Shown in pieces: positions 59,068-64,000 of a stretch of 64,000 bases of DNA. The first letter of the stretch is position 1; every line of letters starts with the position of its first letter. The notes under the pieces are model-generated. The model did not search any database, was not told the origin of the DNA, and saw only the letters and a list, made by a program, of their open reading frames with translations. Location of the stretch: the IMG/VR virus record IMGVR_UViG_3300025141_000031; one strand, given 5' to 3'. The stretch is from a virus. Position numbers and translations under genes: made by a program.

Positions 59068-60120
59068 TTAAATAAGTCCAGCTAATTTCTTAAATCTATT
59101 AGCAACCGTAGATCCTTCAGAGATTACTCTTCTGGACGGTCTTGTAGATCTAGAAGCTTTACTTGCATAAGATTCTTTGATTGTTTTTCTTTTCTTTCCA
59201 CCATTTAATCTAAATGATTCAGATAATGTAGCAAATACTAATTTAACTTCTCTCAATGTTTGAGCTCTGTCAAAGTTTTCAATTACTTTCATTTTCTGAC
59301 TTTCATTTAATGAATGGTTTCTAAATAATTTGTTTGAGAATAATAATTTAGCATTTAAAAGATTTACTTCATTTAATTTAGATTTCATAAATCTAATTAC
59401 TTTATAAGCTTCTTCAAGGTCCTTAGCTGCATCACCGTCATCAACACCTGCTGTGTCGTTTTCTTCTACTGGTGCTGCTTCTTCATCGCCTTCTTCTTCT
59501 CTTAAAGCATTAATAATTTCTTCTAAGTCAACATCCTCACCTTCACCTTCAGCTACAGTTTCTTCTTCGTCGCCTTCAGTTTCAGATAATTTGCCTTTGC
59601 CTGGATCTTCTTCATCTTTAGCAGTTGCTGGTTTCATTTTGTTGTCTCCAGTTCCTACACCAGTTGAATTAGATTGTTCAGTTACTTCTTCATCTTCGTC
59701 TTCAGTAACTTCTTCTTCTTCTCCTTCAAGCTCTCGTAAGATTGCTTCAAGTTCAAGATCCTCTTCCTCTTCTGCAACCGGTTCTTCAACTGGTGCTTCT
59801 TCAGGTGCTGGGGCAGCCATCATTTCTTCGTCTTCAGTAACTTCTTCCTCACCATATTCGCCTTCGTTTTCTGCTACTGGTTCATCCATTGCAGGTTCCT
59901 CTACAGGAACTTCTTCTGCTGCTGGTTCATCCATTGGCATCATTTCTTCGTCTTCGGCTACTGGTTCGTCTTCCATTCCTTCTTCTTCAGATAATTTTGC
60001 TGATAACATAGATTGAAGTCTAGGTGTAAATGCTTCTTCTAATGCTAGTTTTGCATTAGCAAGTGCAGTTTCTCGTACGGCTTTCGCGTCTGCAATTGCT
60101 TCTTTCAATAATTTGTTCAT
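59068..60120 (-). CDS. Prohead core scaffold protein (gp22-like)
   Basis: Highly acidic with many V/L-x-E sites; directly upstream of the capsid gene. Confidence 0.8.
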   Translation of the reverse strand: MNKLLKEAIADAKAVRETALANAKLALEEAFTPRLQSMLSAKLSEEEGMEDEPVAEDEEMMPMDEPAAEEVPVEEPAMDEPVAENEGEYGEEEVTEDEEMMAAPAPEEAPVEEPVAEEEEDLELEAILRELEGEEEEVTEDEDEEVTEQSNSTGVGTGDNKMKPATAKDEEDPGKGKLSETEGDEEETVAEGEGEDVDLEEIINALREEEGDEEAAPVEENDTAGVDDGDAAKDLEEAYKVIRFMKSKLNEVNLLNAKLLFSNKLFRNHSLNESQKMKVIENFDRAQTLREVKLVFATLSESFRLNGGKKRKTIKESYASKASRSTRPSRRVISEGSTVANRFKKLAGLI

Positions 60121-60235
60121 TGAATTTCTCCTTTAATAAAATTTTTCGGAAATATAGTTATTAGGAACTATAATGTGAATTGTTTGTTAATAGTCAGTGA
60201 CGGTAATATTAGAAATACCGTATGTTTAATCATTA

Positions 60236-60243
60236 ATAAATAT
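60236..60243 (-). promoter_or_regulatory. Class II (late-type) promoter for the scaffold-capsid operon
   Basis: ATATTTAT about 115 nt upstream of the scaffold ATG. Confidence 0.7.
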
Positions 60244-60322
60244 ATAGAATTATATGTAAAAACCCCACACATATAAGAAAAGTTTTTATTAAATAAAAAA
60301 TCGGTTGTAAAGAGAGGTTATT

Positions 60323-60595
60323 CTATTCTTCTTGAGAATTTATTTGCTGAAAATATTTGGCGTTTTCCATTTGTACACGCCTTTTCGCAGATTTTTTTAT
60401 GAAATATCTTCTTTCTCTAAGCTCTTGTAAAGTTTCTGCATCTTTAAGGCCTTGTTTCCAAAAACGGATTGCAAATCCTATATCACTTACGGTTTTAGTT
60501 TTGCCATTTTTATCTGTGAATTTAGATGTAACGACTGACGCACCTAATGGTGCACCTGGTATATGTGACTGCCAAATTTTGTGTTTTTTGTTCAT
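60323..60595 (-). CDS. rpsU: Phage-encoded ribosomal protein bS21
   Basis: DIGFAIRFWKQGLKDAETLQELRERRYFIKKSAKRR matches the bS21 core (I..ALR.FK...L.ELR.R.YY.KPS..RR). Confidence 0.8.
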   Translation of the reverse strand: MNKKHKIWQSHIPGAPLGASVVTSKFTDKNGKTKTVSDIGFAIRFWKQGLKDAETLQELRERRYFIKKSAKRRVQMENAKYFQQINSQEE

Positions 60596-60624
60596 GTAAT
60601 TATTTTATGATTATAACTATTATT

Positions 60625-60654
60625 AATATAAAGAAAATTTTTCAAAGTACCAAA
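60625..60654 (-). promoter_or_regulatory. Class I promoter (bS21)
   Basis: TTTGGT-N18-TATATT. Confidence 0.75.
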
Positions 60655-60655
60655 T

Positions 60656-61210
60656 TTATCTGTACTTTCTTTCTTCTATGTTAATATCGGTATTTTTAGC
60701 CAATTTAGAGATTTTATTGTGATTCATTTTTTTGAATGCTTTTGCTGATATATTAAGATCTTCTTCTACTTCTTCTTCTTCTTTTAAAGCTTCATTTATC
60801 TTATAATATTTATTCAATGTTCCGCCCATATCTTCATATGCAGATTCTAACCTTTGTTGTAATGTTTGAACTTCATTAGCTGTTTTTGAAAATACTTTAT
60901 AAGCTTCTTTTAATTGCTTCATATGACGGGATGTAGTAACATTATCAAACCAATGTTCTGATTCTTGTAATGTAAGAGCTTCAGCTACTTTAACTATCTC
61001 ACCTAATTGTTCTGTAATTTCTCTTAAGGATTCATTTCTATATATAGATTCACCCATTGAATGATAATTACCAACTGCTTCAGTAAAAGATTTTTTTTGT
61101 TCAGATGTAATTCCTGTTTCTTCTTCTTCACCAAAGTTTTCTGATAGATATTTAGATTTTTTCATTATCATTGATAATAATGCATTTTCGTATTTACTTT
61201 TCTTTGCCAT
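60656..61210 (-). CDS. Hypothetical head-module protein
   Basis: 184 aa, helical; LSE/LQE/INE/LKE sites. Confidence 0.6.
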   Translation of the reverse strand: MAKKSKYENALLSMIMKKSKYLSENFGEEEETGITSEQKKSFTEAVGNYHSMGESIYRNESLREITEQLGEIVKVAEALTLQESEHWFDNVTTSRHMKQLKEAYKVFSKTANEVQTLQQRLESAYEDMGGTLNKYYKINEALKEEEEVEEDLNISAKAFKKMNHNKISKLAKNTDINIEERKYR

Positions 61211-61617
61211 TATAAGTTCCCTTTTTGTCTTTCTAAATATTTTTGAAGATCTTCTAATCCTTTTTGAGAACTATTAATATATCTAGATATTTGTTTTTCA
61301 GCTGTTTCATATTGATAATCACCTGTCTCATCAGCTTTCATTTCTATGTTAGTTCCTAATTCTTGATGAAACTCATCTATAGACGTTAATAATGTATTTA
61401 TTTGATCTGAGTAATATTCAATATCAAATGGTTCTGGTCCTTCTGGATATTGTCTATCTACTACACCAGCTGCTTGCTTTTCTGCTGCAGTTCTCATTCT
61501 TGGAAAAGCTCGGCTCATTGGAGCTTCTAATAATGAATCTCCTGTCTTTAATGTATTAACTTTTGCAAAAGCTTGTCTACCTTCAAATAATCTTTGATAT
61601 TGTTTTTTTAAGTTCAT
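61210..61617 (-). CDS. Putative internal head protein with shared leader
   Basis: Likely start ATG 61617: MNLKKQYQRLFEGR...SLLE. Confidence 0.6.
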   Translation of the reverse strand: MNLKKQYQRLFEGRQAFAKVNTLKTGDSLLEAPMSRAFPRMRTAAEKQAAGVVDRQYPEGPEPFDIEYYSDQINTLLTSIDEFHQELGTNIEMKADETGDYQYETAEKQISRYINSSQKGLEDLQKYLERQKGNL

Positions 61618-61618
61618 T

Positions 61619-61885
61619 TTAGTACTCCACTGAGTCAATATATAATGTAGGCTTACCATTAGCCATTCCAAATAAAGATCCTGCTGAAACTCCTTCTAAT
61701 CCTAAATTCTTTGCTCCTTCAAATGCAAGTGTATCTTTTGGTCTAGTTACTGAGTATTTAGAAGCATTATTTGCTCCTAAGCCTTCTAATCCAGTATTCT
61801 TTTTTCCTTCTCCAGCTAATACATCTGATTGAGGTGTTGTTTTGGTTGGTCCAAATATTGATTCCATATCTTTTAACATTGCCAT
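61619..61885 (-). CDS. Hypothetical protein with internal duplication
   Basis: LAGEGKKNTGLEGLGA and LAFEGAKNLGLEGVSA; AGGAG SD. Confidence 0.6.
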   Translation of the reverse strand: MAMLKDMESIFGPTKTTPQSDVLAGEGKKNTGLEGLGANNASKYSVTRPKDTLAFEGAKNLGLEGVSAGSLFGMANGKPTLYIDSVEY

Positions 61886-61887
61886 GA

Positions 61888-62490
61888 TTAAAACTCCTTA
61901 ATTATATCGGTTATTAATTTATTAACATTTCCATACTTATCTGCCTTAGGATTTTTTCCTTCATTAACTGGCGATAAAAATGCTCCATGTGTTGATGGAT
62001 TAGAAACAAAGTCAAATGCAATTAATTCAAAATCAGGTTGTACTTCTAATGTATTATCTCCTTCGCCCATTACTTCTTTTACTGATCCCATTCCTCTTGA
62101 GCTAATACCTAATCTAATTCCTGATTTGAAAAGTTCTTTTAATATATTACCTGCTGGTGTTCCTAAAACTTCTACAGTACCACATAAGTCATCACCCTTC
62201 CAACTCATACCTAAAACATTATGAGATACATTATTTAAATTCACTACTGATGAATCTGGATGGTCTAATTCTCCTAATGCTCTTTTTTCTGCAATAAATG
62301 AACCTTCATATTTCTTAGCTTCTCTCATTAGAGTTTCTCTAGGATATACTCGTCCATTTTGGTTTTTTGATTCGGCTCTTTGAAGAACTCCTGATACAAT
62401 TAATTTTCCACCATTCTTTGAAAGACTTTCAGTTATTTGTTGAGGAGTTATCTCAAATGTTTGATAATTAACTAATAATTGTTTTTCCAT
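61888..62490 (-). CDS. Prohead maturation protease (T4 gp21-like)
   Basis: NQNGRVYP, LGELDHP, GISSRGMGS, DFVSNPS. Confidence 0.95.
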   Translation of the reverse strand: MEKQLLVNYQTFEITPQQITESLSKNGGKLIVSGVLQRAESKNQNGRVYPRETLMREAKKYEGSFIAEKRALGELDHPDSSVVNLNNVSHNVLGMSWKGDDLCGTVEVLGTPAGNILKELFKSGIRLGISSRGMGSVKEVMGEGDNTLEVQPDFELIAFDFVSNPSTHGAFLSPVNEGKNPKADKYGNVNKLITDIIKEF

Positions 62491-62500
62491 TTCTCGACTC

Positions 62501-63028
62501 CTATTGTGATAATTCTTTTAATCGATTTGCAATCCTTGTCATTCTTTCATTTATCTTTGCAAATCTATTTCCGGTTGATTTCCAAAAATGGTTTGATTGA
62601 ACTCCCATTTCTGTCTTTAACCTTAAATTGTTATTTACTATCTTTTCCATTAATCCTAACATTTTATTAACTTCGGCTATTCCTCTGTTAACTTTTTGTT
62701 GTGGTGTTGATGTTGGATCTTTTTTATAGTCTCTATATGATGTTTCATTTATTACACCTGTTTCATGAATCATTGTCATCATTTTTTTATATAATGAATC
62801 TTTTACTAATTCGAAATCAGTTGCAGTAGTTGCATTATCTTTTTGTTTCTTTTTACCTTTCTTATCATCATCATGAAAAGCATATGGAGTTTTAACAGGT
62901 CCTTCACCGCCATCTATATTACCAGTTGCAGTTGCTTCACCTAATTCTTCTTCATTGTGTTCATATCCAATTTCTTCAGAATCTTCCTCTTCCTTTAAGT
63001 ATTTTTTAAATTTATCTAGATATTTCAT
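62501..63028 (-). CDS. Hypothetical head-module protein
   Basis: MKYLDKFKKYLKE leader-like start; TPYAF motif. Confidence 0.6.
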   Translation of the reverse strand: MKYLDKFKKYLKEEEDSEEIGYEHNEEELGEATATGNIDGGEGPVKTPYAFHDDDKKGKKKQKDNATTATDFELVKDSLYKKMMTMIHETGVINETSYRDYKKDPTSTPQQKVNRGIAEVNKMLGLMEKIVNNNLRLKTEMGVQSNHFWKSTGNRFAKINERMTRIANRLKELSQ

Positions 63029-63032
63029 TATT

Positions 63033-63344
63033 CTACTTTCTTAATAAATAAATTGTTGCACTCGATGCAGCGGTTATTTTAGAAACTGATATATCATATA
63101 CTACACCTGCTGTTAAATTAGTGGCTGCTATAGAACCTCCACCAGGTTGATGTAATACTGCACTACCATGAGTCTTAACAATTACCGCATTCCATCTTTG
63201 ATCATTAGAACCGGTATAATCAGTTTGGCCATCTGCAACCGTTGTAGATGCAAATGCTGAAAAGTTTCCTTTTGTATTATATTGGCTTCCTGAATCTTGG
63301 TAAGTTGCAAACCAGGTTTCTTTTTGTGATGGATTAGCACTCAT
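63033..63344 (-). CDS. Hypothetical beta-rich structural protein
   Basis: 103 aa, TAATG-coupled to the upstream gene. Confidence 0.55.
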   Translation of the reverse strand: MSANPSQKETWFATYQDSGSQYNTKGNFSAFASTTVADGQTDYTGSNDQRWNAVIVKTHGSAVLHQPGGGSIAATNLTAGVVYDISVSKITAASSATIYLLRK

Positions 63345-64000
63345 TATTTAGTCTCCACATTTTTAAGTTCTTTAATCAATTCATAATAACGTAACATAGT
63401 CAATACATCTTTATCTTTAACTGAAGGTGCATTACCTATTTTTGTTAACATACTATTTACTTCATTTAACTTAATTTTAACTATTTTGGAACCAACTCTT
63501 ATAGCTGATCGTTTTAGTTCTTTTTGGATAACTGGAATTTCTTTTTGGATAAATTCTTTTAATGCAACTGTATTTGTTACATTATTAATATATTCACGTA
63601 GTATATTCTTTTGACGTTGATTAAGACCATTATATTTATCATTAAATTTATCAATTAACATTTTATATGATAATAATCTTACATCTTTAGGTTGAACTGC
63701 GTAATGATCTTTTACAACAGTACCTTCCTTTTTCTTAATAGGATTAGCTATCGTATTTCTTAATACATGTTCTACCAATGTTGCTTTTGATCTTACTATT
63801 TGAGCTGGATTATCAACTTCTGCATATTCAAATAATTTATATGCTGCCGCCATTATATTATAATTTGATACTCTAGCTTTAAAGAAATTATCAACTATAA
63901 ATTGATCGTTAATTTCTTTAATAAGATTATATTTTTGTCTACGTAATATGTTTAAGTTTAAAGATTTACGAGCAGTAATACATGCTTGTAAAAACTTTTG
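63344..64000 (-). CDS. Partial head-module protein (start lies beyond the window)
   Basis: Frame is open from 64000 (QKFLQACITARKSLN...YNLIKEI...) into the tracked ORF. Confidence 0.7.
   Translation of the reverse strand, partial: QKFLQACITARKSLNLNILRRQKYNLIKEINDQFIVDNFFKARVSNYNIMAAAYKLFEYAEVDNPAQIVRSKATLVEHVLRNTIANPIKKKEGTVVKDHYAVQPKDVRLLSYKMLIDKFNDKYNGLNQRQKNILREYINNVTNTVALKEFIQKEIPVIQKELKRSAIRVGSKIVKIKLNEVNSMLTKIGNAPSVKDKDVLTMLRYYELIKELKNVETK

Overview
A 64 kb, AT-rich segment of a large T4-like myovirus (contractile-tailed phage) genome. Essentially all real genes are on the - strand and use the standard genetic code. The host is probably Bacteroidota (Flavobacteria-like), inferred from the promoter architecture and a Bacteroidota-type bS21. 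In transcription order (right to left) the window holds: a head module (prohead protease, ribosomal protein bS21, scaffold, major capsid); a fibre, neck and tail-terminator block; three paralogous proteins sharing an N-terminal module, two of them fused to peptidoglycan hydrolases; sheath, tube, a frameshifted tail chaperone, tape measure and baseplate; a family-A polymerase-like gene; late-expressed proteins sharing a putative capsid-targeting leader; the replication core (SSB, UvsX/RecA, 5'-3' exonuclease, helicase, class II RNR, PolB, clamp, clamp loader); a 7-deazaguanine DNA-modification set (QueD, QueE, FolE, HPRT and a TGT/DpdA-like enzyme with a clamp-binding-like tail, co-transcribed with a glycosyltransferase); GroEL and GroES; and a late-promoter-driven glycosyltransferase operon. 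Two promoter classes, a covarying leader hairpin and a frameshift cassette can be read directly from the DNA. All protein assignments come from motif recognition by eye, not database searches.
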